Positions 27,476 through 38,615 of a DNA stretch of 64,000 bases are shown here, piece after piece. The DNA comes from an uncultured Candidatus Saccharibacteria bacterium (GTDB lineage Bacteria; Patescibacteriota; Saccharimonadia; Saccharimonadales; UBA10212), in the NCBI GenBank assembly GCA_964460855.1, contig CAYWQH010000009.1:1351-65350 (forward strand). The letters run 5' to 3'. Positions within the stretch are counted from its first letter, which is position 1. Every line of letters starts with the position of its first letter. The notes under the pieces are model-generated. The model did not search any database. It saw nothing but the letters and a program-made list of their open reading frames with translations, and was not told the DNA's origin. The translations under genes were made by a program, and so were the position numbers.

Positions 27476-27832
27476 ATGAGCGAAGTAAAAGAACCAAAGC
27501 GTAATTTTATGTATTTCGTCCGCACCCAGGGGGTAGTGGGCTTGGCCGTTGGTTTAGCCATTGGCACCCAGGTGGGCAAAGTGGTAGAAGCCATAGTTAC
27601 CGGTTTTATTAACCCCTTGGTAGCGTTTATTATCGGCAACCAATCCGGTTTGCAAGCGGCCAAATGGACAATATATAAGAATAACCATCCTGGCGGGCGC
27701 GTGCTGATTATCAGTTGGGGGCAGGTTTTTTCGGCAGTCATAACGCTATTAGCGGTGTCGGCGGTTATTTATTATATTGTGCACGGCTTGCGCCTCGACC
27801 GGGTAGACTCCAAAAAAGACGAAGCCAAATAG
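27476..27832 (+). CDS. mscL: large-conductance mechanosensitive channel
   Basis: 'FVRTQGVVGLAVGLAIGTQVGKVVEAIVTGFINPL'; SD AAGGAG 7 nt upstream of the ATG at 27476. Confidence 0.85.
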   Translation: MSEVKEPKRNFMYFVRTQGVVGLAVGLAIGTQVGKVVEAIVTGFINPLVAFIIGNQSGLQAAKWTIYKNNHPGGRVLIISWGQVFSAVITLLAVSAVIYYIVHGLRLDRVDSKKDEAK

Positions 27833-27847
27833 TAGTAAAATAATATT

Positions 27848-28138
27848 ATGGCCGAAGGTAAACAGTTGTGGTTTAGAGCCCGCCGCTACGGTTGGGGCTG
27901 GATGCCGGTTACCTGGCAAGGCTGGACAATATTTACGGTTTACATTTTAGCCGTAGCGGTTAGCGCTATATTGCTGTTGCCTTCCAATGCCGATACCGTA
28001 AAACATACTGTCCATGTAGTATCATTCTGCTTATTATTTTTATCAGCCACCTTGATATTTATCGGTATCTGTTACGCCAAAGGCGAGTATCCCCGCTGGC
28101 AGTGGGGCAAAAAGGAGAAAAAACATGGTAAAAGCTAA
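27848..28138 (+). CDS. small membrane protein
   Basis: 96 aa with two predicted TM helices. Confidence 0.5.
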   Translation: MAEGKQLWFRARRYGWGWMPVTWQGWTIFTVYILAVAVSAILLLPSNADTVKHTVHVVSFCLLFLSATLIFIGICYAKGEYPRWQWGKKEKKHGKS

Positions 28139-28535
28139 CTTAACTGACGACCAATGGAAAAAGATGCTGACGCCGGAGCAGTATAAAATACTGCGCGAAA
28201 AAGGCACCGAAGCGCCGTTTACCGGCGAGCTATTACATAACAAAGACAACGGCATGTATTTATGCGGCGCCTGCAAGTCACCGCTGTTTAGCAGCAACAC
28301 CAAATTCGATAGCGGCAGCGGCTGGCCCAGCTTTTTCGACGTCGCCACCAAGGGCGCGGTCAATTTACACGAAGACACCACGCTAGGCATGAGCCGGGTA
28401 GAAGTAACCTGTGCAAACTGTGGCAGCCACCTCGGCCATGTGTTTAACGACGCACCGGACCAGCCGACCGGCATGCGTTTTTGTATTAACTCGGCCGCCC
28501 TCGAATTCCTGAACAACAAAGATAAAAAAAATTAA
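28125..28535 (+). CDS. msrB: peptide-methionine (R)-S-oxide reductase
   Basis: Two CxxC pairs ('CGACKSPLF', '[12 protein letters not shown]'), 'GWPSF', and the catalytic 'RFCINS'. Confidence 0.92.
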   Translation: MVKANLTDDQWKKMLTPEQYKILREKGTEAPFTGELLHNKDNGMYLCGACKSPLFSSNTKFDSGSGWPSFFDVATKGAVNLHEDTTLGMSRVEVTCANCGSHLGHVFNDAPDQPTGMRFCINSAALEFLNNKDKKN

Positions 28536-28536
28536 T

Positions 28537-29715
28537 ATGAAATTTCCCCGGTGGCGTTACATATTAGCGCTGGGGATAGTGCTGGTAACCGGGGCAGTGG
28601 TTTGGCATGTAAACACCGCCACCGCTCCGTCAACAAATAAATTACCTGCGGCAATACTGCCGGCCAAACAAGCCAAAGCCGTGGCCGGTTCTTATTTGTT
28701 TAACGGCACAATTTTTTGGGCCAGGCGGGTCCAGACTTGGTCCGTTAAGGCTGATGGTACTCTGGATTATAATTATCCGTTCAGCCAGTTGGACACTTTT
28801 GACCGCCAAAAATACGATGCCTGGGTAGCGGACTTAGAGTGTCCCACTACTAAAACCGATGTGCCGATGGACCAGCAGGAAAACCAGCTAAAATTTAACT
28901 GCAAACCGGAATATCTGCCTTATGCCGCCAAATATTTCAACATTATTGATTTAGCTAACAACCATTCGGATAACATGGGTCCTACCGGTTTAACAGAGAC
29001 CCGGCAAGCTTTAGAAGCAAACGGCATCCAGCATTATGGTAATTACGAACCGGGTAATTTAGGTGATACTTGCGAAGTAATTTCTTTACCGGTGCGGGTT
29101 AGCTACTCCGATAACTCCATCAAAAAAGCTGGCCTGCCGGTCGCGTTTTGCGCCTGGCACTATTTTTACCGCAAGCCGCTACCCGGGGAAATAGAGAACA
29201 TGCAAAAGTATGCCGCCGTAATGCCGGTGTTCGCTTTTATCCATATGGGCGTTGAATATAAGGCCAAGGCTGACCCGGTACAACAGGAAATCGCCCACAA
29301 AGTTGCCGACCAAGGCTCGGAATTTGTTGTAGCTAATAACCCGCACTGGGTACAAAACAGCGAAGTTTATAAAGGCAAATTAATTGTTTATAGCACCGGC
29401 AATTTTATATTTGACCAGCAAGGCGATGCCGAAGTTACCCGCAGCGACAGTTTGCGGGCCGACGTTGAATTAAACTACGATTCAAATATCCAAAAATGGC
29501 TGGATCTGGCGCCGCAATGTGCCGGTTTTCACGATGATTGCTTGGCCAAAGCCAAAGCCCTCGGCCTGCAAAAACCCAAGCTAAGTTATAAATTCAGCAT
29601 TGTCGCCGGCGATAACAGCAATAAAATAACAAAAAAGGCCGGGCCGGATATCCAGAAAGCAGTAGAAGAGCGGCTCAACTGGGCGGCAACTTTGCAAGCT
29701 TTGCGCCAAAATTAA
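28537..29715 (+). CDS. CapA/PGA_cap family metallophosphatase-like protein
   Basis: An N-terminal TM helix, 'LANNHSDNMG' and 'GNFIFDQ' motifs. Confidence 0.7.
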   Translation: MKFPRWRYILALGIVLVTGAVVWHVNTATAPSTNKLPAAILPAKQAKAVAGSYLFNGTIFWARRVQTWSVKADGTLDYNYPFSQLDTFDRQKYDAWVADLECPTTKTDVPMDQQENQLKFNCKPEYLPYAAKYFNIIDLANNHSDNMGPTGLTETRQALEANGIQHYGNYEPGNLGDTCEVISLPVRVSYSDNSIKKAGLPVAFCAWHYFYRKPLPGEIENMQKYAAVMPVFAFIHMGVEYKAKADPVQQEIAHKVADQGSEFVVANNPHWVQNSEVYKGKLIVYSTGNFIFDQQGDAEVTRSDSLRADVELNYDSNIQKWLDLAPQCAGFHDDCLAKAKALGLQKPKLSYKFSIVAGDNSNKITKKAGPDIQKAVEERLNWAATLQALRQN

Positions 29716-29749
29716 AGCGCAAGCTTCCTACCTCTGTTAAAATGAGGGT

Positions 29750-30325
29750 ATGAAGCGAAACGAACGGCCGGCAAAATTTTTGTGGCTGGATATGGAATTT
29801 AGCGGCTTGGAACCGGCCGATAACAGGATTTTAGAAGTGGCCGTAATTATTACCGATGCCAACCTTAAGGAGCTGGCTACCTACCACTCGTCTATTTCGC
29901 ACGCCGAAGCGACCATCCGCAAATTATTAAAGAAATCACCTTTTTGGTCGCAGCGGCCCGAAGAAGTAGAAAAAGTAATTACCGATATGCACAGCGGCCT
30001 GCCGGAAAAGCAGGTCGAAAAAGACCTAATAACTCTTGTAGAAAAATATTATATGCCGGGCGAGGCGGTTTACCTGGCCGGCAATACCATCCGCATGGAC
30101 CGGAAATTTGTCGATTACTGGCTGAAAGATTTCGCCAAGCTGCTGCATTACCGGATGCTGGACGTCACGGCTTTTAAGTTGTGGTGGCTGGGGCAGGGCA
30201 ACAAAGAGTTCAACCCGCCCAAAGCCCACCGGGCTTTAGACGACATCCGGCGTTCGATCACCGAACTTAAATATTACCTGGAACATATTGAGGGCTTTAA
30301 CCGTGCGGCACCTGGTAAGCCATAA
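29750..30325 (+). CDS. orn: oligoribonuclease
   Basis: DEDDh exonuclease motifs 'LWLDMEFSGL', 'AGNTIRMDRKF' and 'HRALDDIRRS'. Confidence 0.88.
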   Translation: MKRNERPAKFLWLDMEFSGLEPADNRILEVAVIITDANLKELATYHSSISHAEATIRKLLKKSPFWSQRPEEVEKVITDMHSGLPEKQVEKDLITLVEKYYMPGEAVYLAGNTIRMDRKFVDYWLKDFAKLLHYRMLDVTAFKLWWLGQGNKEFNPPKAHRALDDIRRSITELKYYLEHIEGFNRAAPGKP

Positions 30326-30656
30326 ACAAGTCGAAGAATATCTGCTGGGCATGCCTAATGCTTTTTTGGATTACCCGTTTGGCGAAAATGTGGCCGTTTA
30401 TAAAGTTAAGGTTAAAGGCCAGGATAAAATGTTCGCCCTGGTCAGCGAAAAATCGGCTCCGGTACAGATCAGCCTGAAGTGCGAACCCCAGCTGGCCGAA
30501 GTGCTCCGCGAGCGTTACGAAAGCGTTTTGCCGGGCTACCATCTCAATAAAAAACACTGGAACACCGTAATATTAAGCGGCCAGCTAGCCTGGGAAGAAG
30601 TCCAAGACTTAATTAAGCACAGCTATAACTTAGTGACTAACCGTTTAGCGCTTTAG
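30303..30656 (+). CDS. MmcQ/YjbR family DNA-binding protein
   Basis: 'VEEYLLGMPNAFLDYPFGENVAVYKV...KMFAL...HLNKKHWNTV'. The GTG at 30303 has GAGGG 8 nt upstream; the longest ORF starts at a TTG at 30288. The gene overlaps the orn 3' end. Confidence 0.7.
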   Translation: MRHLVSHKQVEEYLLGMPNAFLDYPFGENVAVYKVKVKGQDKMFALVSEKSAPVQISLKCEPQLAEVLRERYESVLPGYHLNKKHWNTVILSGQLAWEEVQDLIKHSYNLVTNRLAL

Positions 30657-31260
30657 CGGTACTGCCCAGGATATCAATACTGGCGTTTGCGTCAAATAAT
30701 ATGCTGCGCAGCTTTAAGCTTTTAGCGTTTGTATAAAGCTGCGACATGTTTTTTTGGTAAACGGCGCTATTAACGGCCAGGTAATCGATATAGGCCGCGT
30801 CGTATTTATTATTCTGGGCGGCTTCGGCGAAAGCGGCGTCGGTAGCCGCGCTTTTTTTGGCCGCTAATAATTTGGGGTTAACTTTAATATGTTTGGATTT
30901 AAGATAAATTACCAGGTCGTTCTGTTCGCTTTGGACGGTTGCGGCTGTGTTGGCGGCCAAAGTTTTGGCGGTGGGGCCTTTGGCGTTAATGTTGGCGTTA
31001 GTGCTGACCCTGATTATTTCCTGCTGGGTGGCCGCTAAGTCTAACAGCTGCTGTTTACTATCACCCTTGCCGCTGGTCGCAATTACAGCTATAACCGATA
31101 GAATCATGCCCACCACTACCACCAGTCCAAGCACCATTAGCGCTTTGTTGCGAAAGCCGGGGCCGCTGGCTTTAGGCTGAGTCTGCGGTTTAAGTATAAA
31201 ATCAAACTGGCCGTTGGCGGCATTAGCTTTTTCACCTTTGTCTTCTGGCGGCATAAGCAA
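30637..31260 (-). CDS. membrane-anchored hypothetical protein
   Basis: 207 aa with a single TM helix near the N-terminus and an Ala/Lys/Asn-rich helical ectodomain. Confidence 0.5.
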   Translation of the reverse strand: MLMPPEDKGEKANAANGQFDFILKPQTQPKASGPGFRNKALMVLGLVVVVGMILSVIAVIATSGKGDSKQQLLDLAATQQEIIRVSTNANINAKGPTAKTLAANTAATVQSEQNDLVIYLKSKHIKVNPKLLAAKKSAATDAAFAEAAQNNKYDAAYIDYLAVNSAVYQKNMSQLYTNAKSLKLRSILFDANASIDILGSTAKALNG

Positions 31261-31329
31261 TATTGTAACTTGTTGTTAGTATTTTTACCGAATTTGTTAG
31301 CTGGTTACGGTAGACTGTACACTTAAGAG

Positions 31330-33075
31330 ATGGATGGCGTAGAGGAAGTTAAAAGCCGCCTCAATATTGAGGATGTCATTGGCGAATACGTGGAGTTAAA
31401 GCGCGCGGGCCGCAATTATAAGGGCTTGAGCCCATTTAGTAATGAGCGGACGCCGAGCTTTATGGTCAGCCCCGAAAAGCAGATTTGGCACGACTTCAGC
31501 AGCGGCAAAGGCGGCAACATGTTTGGCTTTATCATGGAAATGGAAGGCCTGGATTTTAAAGCCGCGCTGCAATACCTGGCCCGCAAAGCCGGCGTTGAAC
31601 TTGCCCAATACAGCGGCGGCAATAACTACCAGGCCAAGCTAAAAGAGCGGCTGGAGCAGGCCAGCGATAAAGCCGCCAACTTTTACCAGCGCCAACTCAC
31701 CGCCAACCGCCAGGCCCTGACATATCTGCGCACCGAGCGCGGTTTTAGCAAAGAAACTATTTTACAGTGGCGGCTGGGTTACTCGCCGGCCGACGGCCGG
31801 GTGCTGTCAGATTATTTGACCAAACAAGGCTTTACCGCCGAAGAAATGAAGCGCAGCGGGCTGGTTACCGAACGCCGCCACGGGGTAGGCGACATGTTCC
31901 GCGGCCGCATTATGGTTCCTTTGAGCGACCCGTTTGGCAAACCAATCGGCTTTACGGCCCGCATATTAAACGACGAGCCGGGGCCAAAATATATCAATAC
32001 GCCATCGACGCCAATTTACGATAAAAGCCGCCATATCTTCGGGCTATTTTTAGCAAAAGAAGCTATCCGCACTTCCGGCTACGTGGTGGTGGCCGAAGGC
32101 AACATGGACGTCATCAGCAGCCACCAGGCCGGCGTCAAAAACGTGGTGGCCACCGCCGGCACGGCCATGACCGAAATGCAGATTAAAGCCCTAAGCCGCT
32201 TTACGGGCGATATCCGCATCTGTTTTGACGCCGACGCCGCCGGCCTGGCGGCTACCGAGCGGGTAATTCCCATTGCCCAGAAAGTAGGCGTTAATTTAAG
32301 CGTAGTAGTGCTGCCATCCGGCAAAGATCCCGACGAACTGGTACGCAAACAGCCGGCCGCCTGGCAAAAAGCTATCGAAGGCAGCGTTTACGCCCTCGAT
32401 TGGCTGCTTAACCATTACGCCCGCCAATCGGACTTAAACTCGGTGCAGGGCAAAAAAGCGTTTACCGACGCCATGCTTACAGTTATCCGCCAATTGCGCG
32501 ACCCGGTAGAACGCGAGCATTATGTACGCCGGGCCGCCGAACTGGCCGGCACATCGGTTTCGGCCGTGCAGGACAAGCTCCGCCGCCAGGGCGAGAACCA
32601 GCCAACTGCCCGCCGCAAAGTCCGCCAACCGGCGCCGCTAACCGATAAAGATGCGGCCGACCGCCGCAAGCTGCAAAACCACTTTTTGGCGATGGTTTTA
32701 ATGCAGCCCGCATTACGCAACTTGCTGCACACCTGCAAAACAGACTTCTTTGACGAAGGCGATCCGCGCACGCTTTTTCAGTTTTTACGGCTCAACCCGG
32801 AATTTTCCGGCGACCCGCAAGCCGCTAAAGGCTTGCATTCTATCGCCGATTATGTCAAAATCATTTCGTTACAGTTTGAAGAACTTTATCAGGGATTATC
32901 AATAGAGCAATTGCAGACGCAAGCTAACCGCCTAAGGGCGCGCCTGATAGACAGTTACGTAAAAAACCAAAAACACCGCCTGGCCGCCGCCATGCAGCAA
33001 ACAACAGATGAAAGCGAAATGGCAGACTTGATTAAACAAGTGAATGCCTTAAACCAATTAATTAAACAACCGTAA
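31330..33075 (+). CDS. dnaG: DNA primase
   Basis: A CHC2-type region ('[22 protein letters not shown]'), the TOPRIM '[12 protein letters not shown]' and 'CFDADAAG'. It precedes rpoD, as in the classical operon. Confidence 0.9.
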   Translation: MDGVEEVKSRLNIEDVIGEYVELKRAGRNYKGLSPFSNERTPSFMVSPEKQIWHDFSSGKGGNMFGFIMEMEGLDFKAALQYLARKAGVELAQYSGGNNYQAKLKERLEQASDKAANFYQRQLTANRQALTYLRTERGFSKETILQWRLGYSPADGRVLSDYLTKQGFTAEEMKRSGLVTERRHGVGDMFRGRIMVPLSDPFGKPIGFTARILNDEPGPKYINTPSTPIYDKSRHIFGLFLAKEAIRTSGYVVVAEGNMDVISSHQAGVKNVVATAGTAMTEMQIKALSRFTGDIRICFDADAAGLAATERVIPIAQKVGVNLSVVVLPSGKDPDELVRKQPAAWQKAIEGSVYALDWLLNHYARQSDLNSVQGKKAFTDAMLTVIRQLRDPVEREHYVRRAAELAGTSVSAVQDKLRRQGENQPTARRKVRQPAPLTDKDAADRRKLQNHFLAMVLMQPALRNLLHTCKTDFFDEGDPRTLFQFLRLNPEFSGDPQAAKGLHSIADYVKIISLQFEELYQGLSIEQLQTQANRLRARLIDSYVKNQKHRLAAAMQQTTDESEMADLIKQVNALNQLIKQP

Positions 33076-33088
33076 CAGGGGGATATTA

Positions 33089-34222
33089 ATGTCTGATAAA
33101 AAAACCGTCGTGGCCCAAAGCCCGGCAGCCAATACTTTTGATAAAGAGCGTAAGCAAATTATCGATAAAGCTAAAAAAGACGGCAAAATTGACCAGCGCG
33201 ACATTTTCGCGCTGATTCCGGATACGCCGGCTAATATTGATGTGCTCGATTCGCTGTACGGCGAACTGAGCGACCTAGGTTTCGAAATTATCGGCGCCAC
33301 CGAACCCGACCCAACGTCTTTTAGCGACGAATGGGTCGCCGAAGACACCGAAGAAGAAATCGTGCTCGACGAAAGTACTTATATGGATGACATTGCCGAT
33401 GACTCGGTGCGGCTATACCTGCGCGAAATCGGCAAAATTCCGCTATTAAATGCCGAAGAAGAATTAGCTTTGGCCCAGCGGGTCGTAGCCGGCGACAAAG
33501 ACGCCAAAGATAAAATGGCCGAAGCCAACATGCGCTTAGTGGTTAGTATTGCCAAGCGTTATGTCGGCCGCGGTCTCGACTTACTGGACTTAATCCAAGA
33601 GGGCAACACCGGTTTATTACGCGCCGTCGAGAAATTTGATCCCGACAAGGGCTTTAAATTCTCGACCTACGCCACCTGGTGGATCCGCCAAGCCATTACC
33701 CGGGCCATCGCCGACCAGGCCCGCACCATCCGTATTCCGGTGCATATGGTGGAAACTATTAACAAGCTGCTGCGCACCCAGCGCCGCCTGACCCAAGAGC
33801 TTAACCGTGAGCCAACCAACGAAGAAATCGCCGTGGCCATGGAAATGGATGTCGATAAAGTCGAGCACATCATGAAAATCAAACAGGATATTTCCAGCCT
33901 TGATGCCAGCGTCCGTGACGACGAAGAAGACAGCGTACTGGGCGACTTTATTGAAGACGAGGACACCGTTAGTCCCGAAGAGTCGGCCACCGGCCAGCTG
34001 CTGAAAGAGCAAGTTAAGCAAATTCTCGGAACTTTAACCGAACGCGAGCAGAAAATTCTGAAACTGCGCTTTGGCCTGGAAGACGGCAAAAGCCACACGC
34101 TCGAAGAAGTCGGCCAGGAGTTCAGCGTTACCCGCGAGCGCATCCGCCAGATCGAAGCCAAAGCCCTGGCTAAGCTGCGCAAGCACAAAGACGCCAAAAA
34201 ACTTCACGACTATATCCAGTAA
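33089..34222 (+). CDS. rpoD: RNA polymerase sigma factor RpoD (primary-type)
   Basis: Region 1.2 '[16 protein letters not shown]', region 2 '[37 protein letters not shown]', region 4.2 '[24 protein letters not shown]'. Confidence 0.92.
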   Translation: MSDKKTVVAQSPAANTFDKERKQIIDKAKKDGKIDQRDIFALIPDTPANIDVLDSLYGELSDLGFEIIGATEPDPTSFSDEWVAEDTEEEIVLDESTYMDDIADDSVRLYLREIGKIPLLNAEEELALAQRVVAGDKDAKDKMAEANMRLVVSIAKRYVGRGLDLLDLIQEGNTGLLRAVEKFDPDKGFKFSTYATWWIRQAITRAIADQARTIRIPVHMVETINKLLRTQRRLTQELNREPTNEEIAVAMEMDVDKVEHIMKIKQDISSLDASVRDDEEDSVLGDFIEDEDTVSPEESATGQLLKEQVKQILGTLTEREQKILKLRFGLEDGKSHTLEEVGQEFSVTRERIRQIEAKALAKLRKHKDAKKLHDYIQ

Positions 34223-34243
34223 AAACTGTATAATACACCCCCT

Positions 34244-35275
34244 ATGGCAGTCGACAGGGACGATTATTACAGCCCGATAGAACCGGAACAAAAGCCCGCG
34301 CCAGAGGGTGAAACCCCATGGGCTAATTTAGGCGCTGTTTTAGGCTTTGAAGTTGTTACGGAAGAGGCCGAGCCCGACGATCCGCAGCCCGATGAAAATG
34401 ACGAAGAGCATCTCGATCCGCGGCATGAAGAGTCGATGGACAGCACGCTGATTTATTTAAGGCAAATCGGCCAATACCCTTTGCTGACCCACAGCCAGGA
34501 AATAGCCCTGGCCAAGCGTATCGAACGCGGCGATATGGCCGCAAAACATAAAATGGTTACCTCAAATTTACGCCTGTCTGTAAGTGTCGCTAAAAGATAC
34601 CGCAACCGCGGCTTATCGTTTTTGGACCTTATCCAAGAAGGCAATTTGGGGCTTTACCGGGCCACCGAAAAATATGATTGGCGCCGGGGGTATAAGTTCA
34701 GTACGTACGCCACCTGGTGGATCCGCCAGGGCATAACCCGGGGCATCGCCTTAAATGCGCTTACCATCCGTTTACCAATTCATATCGTAGAAGACGTATA
34801 TAAGATTTACCGGGCCACGCAAGATCTTATTAGTGCCACTGATAACCTGAACCCGAGTGACGAGGAAATTGCTGCCGCAGCCCGCTTATCCCCCGAAAGG
34901 GTGGCTTTCATAAAACAAAATACCGTGGCGCCCGTTAGCTTGGATGTGCGGCAACCGCAGGGTGACGGACGGGAAGGCGATTCTTTAGGCGAATTGCAAG
35001 AAGATATATCATCGCCCGATCCGGTTACCGAAACGAATAATAGCGTAACGCAGAGCTTGTTATACGAGTTAATTGCGATACTACCCGAGCGCGAAGCACG
35101 TGTAATTGCCGAACGTTACGGCTTAATCGACGGTGTGCCGAAAACCCTTGATGAAGTCGGGCTAATATTCGGGTTAACCCGCGAGCGCATCCGCCAAATT
35201 GAGGGCCGGGCTATTATTAGGCTGCGGGATTCGGCTAAATCTGAGCCGCTGCGGTTGCGCAATTTTAACGGCTGA
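34244..35275 (+). CDS. second RpoD-like (group 1/2) sigma-70 factor
   Basis: '[37 protein letters not shown]' and '[24 protein letters not shown]'. It lies 21 nt after rpoD. Confidence 0.85.
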   Translation: MAVDRDDYYSPIEPEQKPAPEGETPWANLGAVLGFEVVTEEAEPDDPQPDENDEEHLDPRHEESMDSTLIYLRQIGQYPLLTHSQEIALAKRIERGDMAAKHKMVTSNLRLSVSVAKRYRNRGLSFLDLIQEGNLGLYRATEKYDWRRGYKFSTYATWWIRQGITRGIALNALTIRLPIHIVEDVYKIYRATQDLISATDNLNPSDEEIAAAARLSPERVAFIKQNTVAPVSLDVRQPQGDGREGDSLGELQEDISSPDPVTETNNSVTQSLLYELIAILPEREARVIAERYGLIDGVPKTLDEVGLIFGLTRERIRQIEGRAIIRLRDSAKSEPLRLRNFNG

Positions 35276-35296
35276 TATATATACTAAACCCAAGAT

Positions 35297-35878
35297 ATGA
35301 TTATCATCGGATTATCCGGAACCGGCGGCAGCGGCAAAGATACAGTCGGGCATCTACTCGCCAGTGACTTTAACTTTTTGTTTGTGTCCGTTAGCGATTT
35401 GCTCCGGCAAGAAGCAACCAAACGAGGTGAGCCGATAGAAAGGGCTGTGCTTAAAAGTATCAGTGAAGAGTGGCGGCGCGACTACGGGCTTGGCGTATTA
35501 GTAGATAAAGCCCTGAAACATTTTCACGAACAAGGCCGGGGTAAGCAGGGCTTAGCCCTGGCCAGTTTGCGCAATACCGGCGAAGCCGACCGTGTACATA
35601 AACTAGGCGGGAAAGTTATCTGGTTGGATGCTGACCCGCGGCTGCGGTACGACCGTATTCATACCAGGTTACGGTCGCCCGAAGATATGAAGACCTACGA
35701 ACAGTTCCTGGCCGAAGAGCAGGCTGAAATGGAGCGCGCCGAAGGTGCAGACTCCACTACGCTAAATATGGGAGCCATTAAAGATTTAGCCGATTTTACT
35801 TTTATTAATAACTCCAGTGATATAGACGAGTTCAAACTCAACGCTAAAACTTTTATAGAAGCTAATCTGCTAAGCTGA
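35297..35878 (+). CDS. P-loop nucleotide/nucleoside kinase-like protein
   Basis: Walker A 'GLSGTGGSGKDTV'; size and layout resemble dNMP/dephospho-CoA kinase-type NTPases. Specificity unknown. Confidence 0.5.
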   Translation: MIIIGLSGTGGSGKDTVGHLLASDFNFLFVSVSDLLRQEATKRGEPIERAVLKSISEEWRRDYGLGVLVDKALKHFHEQGRGKQGLALASLRNTGEADRVHKLGGKVIWLDADPRLRYDRIHTRLRSPEDMKTYEQFLAEEQAEMERAEGADSTTLNMGAIKDLADFTFINNSSDIDEFKLNAKTFIEANLLS

Positions 35879-38615
35879 TTTTGAAATTTATTAACCAGCG
35901 CCCAAAAATATAAATAAAGGCCGCGCCCAAGGCTAACAGCCAATCGGTAAGGCCTAAGGGTCCGCTGCCCAGGTAGTTTTGGGCAATGGGAGCGTAGGCA
36001 ATTATCAAGATACCGGCAAACGAAAGTAAAAACGCCGCCAGCAAGTGCTTATTGCTCCATAAATAACTGCTTAGCAGCGAGCGGCGGAAAGAATGGGTGC
36101 GGCGGATCAGGATATTAGCGAATTGGCAGGTAACTATGGTCAAGTACGTTAAGGTTACGGCACTGGCGTATAAGGCCGGTTGGTGTTTGTCAAAATGAGT
36201 GGCCTGGCCTCCATGCCTTTCTATAAAAAATAAGAAATTAGCGTAAGCCAAACCGCCCATTAAAATGCCGCACAGCGCCAGGTCTGTAATCCGCTTCCAA
36301 TTTAAAATATGGTCTTGCTGCCGGCGCGGTTGTTCGTCCATTAGCTCGCCATAGGCCGGGTCCCAGCCCAATGAGGCAATCGGGAACAGCTCGGCCATCA
36401 AATCGATTAGTAAAATCAGCACGGCCGGGATAGCGATTGGTATATCCCATAAACTAAAAGCCGCTAAGCTAACCAGCACTGTAAACAGTTCGCCGGAATT
36501 GCTTGTTAAAGCTGATATGGCGGCTTTGCGGATATTTTGGAAGATTACCCGGCCTTCCTGGATGGCGCTAACCAGCGTATGAAAACTATCGTCCAATAAA
36601 ATTATGTCGGCCGATTGCTTGGCCACATCGGTACCGGTAATTCCCATGGCCACGCCAATGTCGGCCCGTTTGAGGGCGGGGGCGTCGTTAATGCCGTCGC
36701 CGGTTACTGCTACGACTTTTCTGGCCGATTTAGCTAACTCCACAATTCGCAGCTTATCTTCCGGCGCCACCCGGCTGAATATTACATTGCCATCAGTTAG
36801 AGCGCTTATTACCTGGCTGTTTTCCATTGTTTGAAGTTGCTCGCCGGTAATAATGCGTAAGTCCTGGGCGGTAGCGGCCAGGCCGGTTTTTACGGCAATG
36901 GCGCTGGCTGTTAAAGCGTTGTCGCCGGTTACAATGCAAACCGGAATGTGGGCCTTAATTGCCGCGGCCATGGCTTCGGGAATTTCATCGCGCGGCGGGT
37001 CGATCATGCTTACCAGGCCCAGGAAAATAAGGTCCGATTCGGCTTCGGCCATGGTCAGTTTTTCTTCATCGGCAGTTTCTTTATAGGCATAGGCCAAGTT
37101 GCGCATGGCGCTTTGGGCCAGCAGGCTGTCGCGGGCCATTATGCTTTCTCGGTCTTTTACGGTAAGCTTACGTATTATGTTGCCGTCTAAAATCCGGTTG
37201 CAAACAGCCAGTACGCTGTCCGGCGCGCCTTTGCAAAATATTTTCGGGCCGTGGTAATTGCGGATTGAGCTCATCCGCTTGCGGGCCGAGTCAAAAGTAA
37301 ACTCGTAAATTTCCGGGTAGCGGGTGTGCAGTTCGGTATCGTTAATGCCGGCTTTATGGGCCAGGGTGATTAATGAGCCTTCGGTTGGGTCGCCCAGCGT
37401 GTACCAGTTGCCGTGCTGCTCGTCCGGCGGGCGGATGATGGCGTTACTGGCAAATACGCCGGTAGCAAAAAATAATTCGTATTGCCCGAGCTCGGATTTT
37501 TTTAACGGCTTATGTAACTGGTCGCAAATTTGGCCGTTAGCCTGGTAGCCGGTGCCGGTAACCCACAACGCCCGCCCGCCAATTAATATTTGCTCGACTG
37601 TCATCTGGTTTTTGGTTAACGTGCCGGTTTTATCGGTAAGGATAATGCTGGTGCTGCCCAGGGTTTCGACGGCGCTGAGTTTTTTTACAAGGGCTTTGGC
37701 TTTGGCTAAGCGGTTGGCGGCGCTGCTCAGCGCCGTGCTTACCTCAGCCGGCAGGCCCTGCGGGATCATGGCGCTGGCAATGCCAATGGCAAAAACGAAC
37801 GACTCTTTAATGCCCAAAGATTCCTTAAAAGCTATCAGCGCTAAAATGGCGCCTAAAATTACCGTGCCTTTGGTTATAGTGGCGGCCAGGTGGTTCATCT
37901 CTTTTTGCAGCGGGCTTAAATCCTGTTTGGTGCTTTGGCTTAAGTTGGCAATGCGGCCTAACTCTGTTTGCATGCCGGTACCGATAACCACGCAATGGCC
38001 GTCGCCGGTTGCTACGGTTGTGCCCATAAACACCAGGTTGTGCCGCCGGCCCAGGGTAACTTCGCCCTTAATGGCGTGCTGGAATTTACGGCTGGGGTTG
38101 CTTTCGCCGGTTAGGGCGAAATCGTTGGTGCTAAAAATATTTTCGGTAAGTATGCGGGCATCGGCCGGCACGCTGTCGCCCTCCGCCAGGTAAATAACAT
38201 CGCCGGGTACCAGTTGGGCCGTGGGTATTTCTATTAAACTGCCGTCGCGCATTACCCGCGATTTAGCTACCACCAGTTTTTCTAAACTGGCCATTATATT
38301 TTCGGCTTTATGTTCCTGCCAAAAACCAATGGTGGCGTTAACAATTACGATCACGAACAAGATGGCAGCCGTGCGGTACTCCTGCAGGTAAATCGAAATG
38401 CCGGCGCTGGCCAGCAACAGGATAATCATCAGGTCCTGGAACTGCCGCAGCAATTTATATATAAGAGGTTCTTTATTTATCTGTTGAAGTTCGTTAAAGC
38501 CAAACTTGTTAAGCCTTTTAGCCGCCTCGCCGGCAGGCAAGCCTTCGGCCCGGCTGCCGTAAAGCTCAAGTACGCGGCTGCCGCTTAATTGGTAAGCTGG
38601 CTTATCGTGCTTCAT
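35862..38615 (-). CDS. cation-transporting P-type ATPase (type II, Ca2+/Mg2+-like)
   Basis: 917 aa. 'DKTGTLT' phosphorylation site, 'TGES', 'TGDN', 'GDGINDAPAL' and 10-TM topology. Confidence 0.9.
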   Translation of the reverse strand: MKHDKPAYQLSGSRVLELYGSRAEGLPAGEAAKRLNKFGFNELQQINKEPLIYKLLRQFQDLMIILLLASAGISIYLQEYRTAAILFVIVIVNATIGFWQEHKAENIMASLEKLVVAKSRVMRDGSLIEIPTAQLVPGDVIYLAEGDSVPADARILTENIFSTNDFALTGESNPSRKFQHAIKGEVTLGRRHNLVFMGTTVATGDGHCVVIGTGMQTELGRIANLSQSTKQDLSPLQKEMNHLAATITKGTVILGAILALIAFKESLGIKESFVFAIGIASAMIPQGLPAEVSTALSSAANRLAKAKALVKKLSAVETLGSTSIILTDKTGTLTKNQMTVEQILIGGRALWVTGTGYQANGQICDQLHKPLKKSELGQYELFFATGVFASNAIIRPPDEQHGNWYTLGDPTEGSLITLAHKAGINDTELHTRYPEIYEFTFDSARKRMSSIRNYHGPKIFCKGAPDSVLAVCNRILDGNIIRKLTVKDRESIMARDSLLAQSAMRNLAYAYKETADEEKLTMAEAESDLIFLGLVSMIDPPRDEIPEAMAAAIKAHIPVCIVTGDNALTASAIAVKTGLAATAQDLRIITGEQLQTMENSQVISALTDGNVIFSRVAPEDKLRIVELAKSARKVVAVTGDGINDAPALKRADIGVAMGITGTDVAKQSADIILLDDSFHTLVSAIQEGRVIFQNIRKAAISALTSNSGELFTVLVSLAAFSLWDIPIAIPAVLILLIDLMAELFPIASLGWDPAYGELMDEQPRRQQDHILNWKRITDLALCGILMGGLAYANFLFFIERHGGQATHFDKHQPALYASAVTLTYLTIVTCQFANILIRRTHSFRRSLLSSYLWSNKHLLAAFLLSFAGILIIAYAPIAQNYLGSGPLGLTDWLLALGAAFIYIFGRWLINFKISLAD

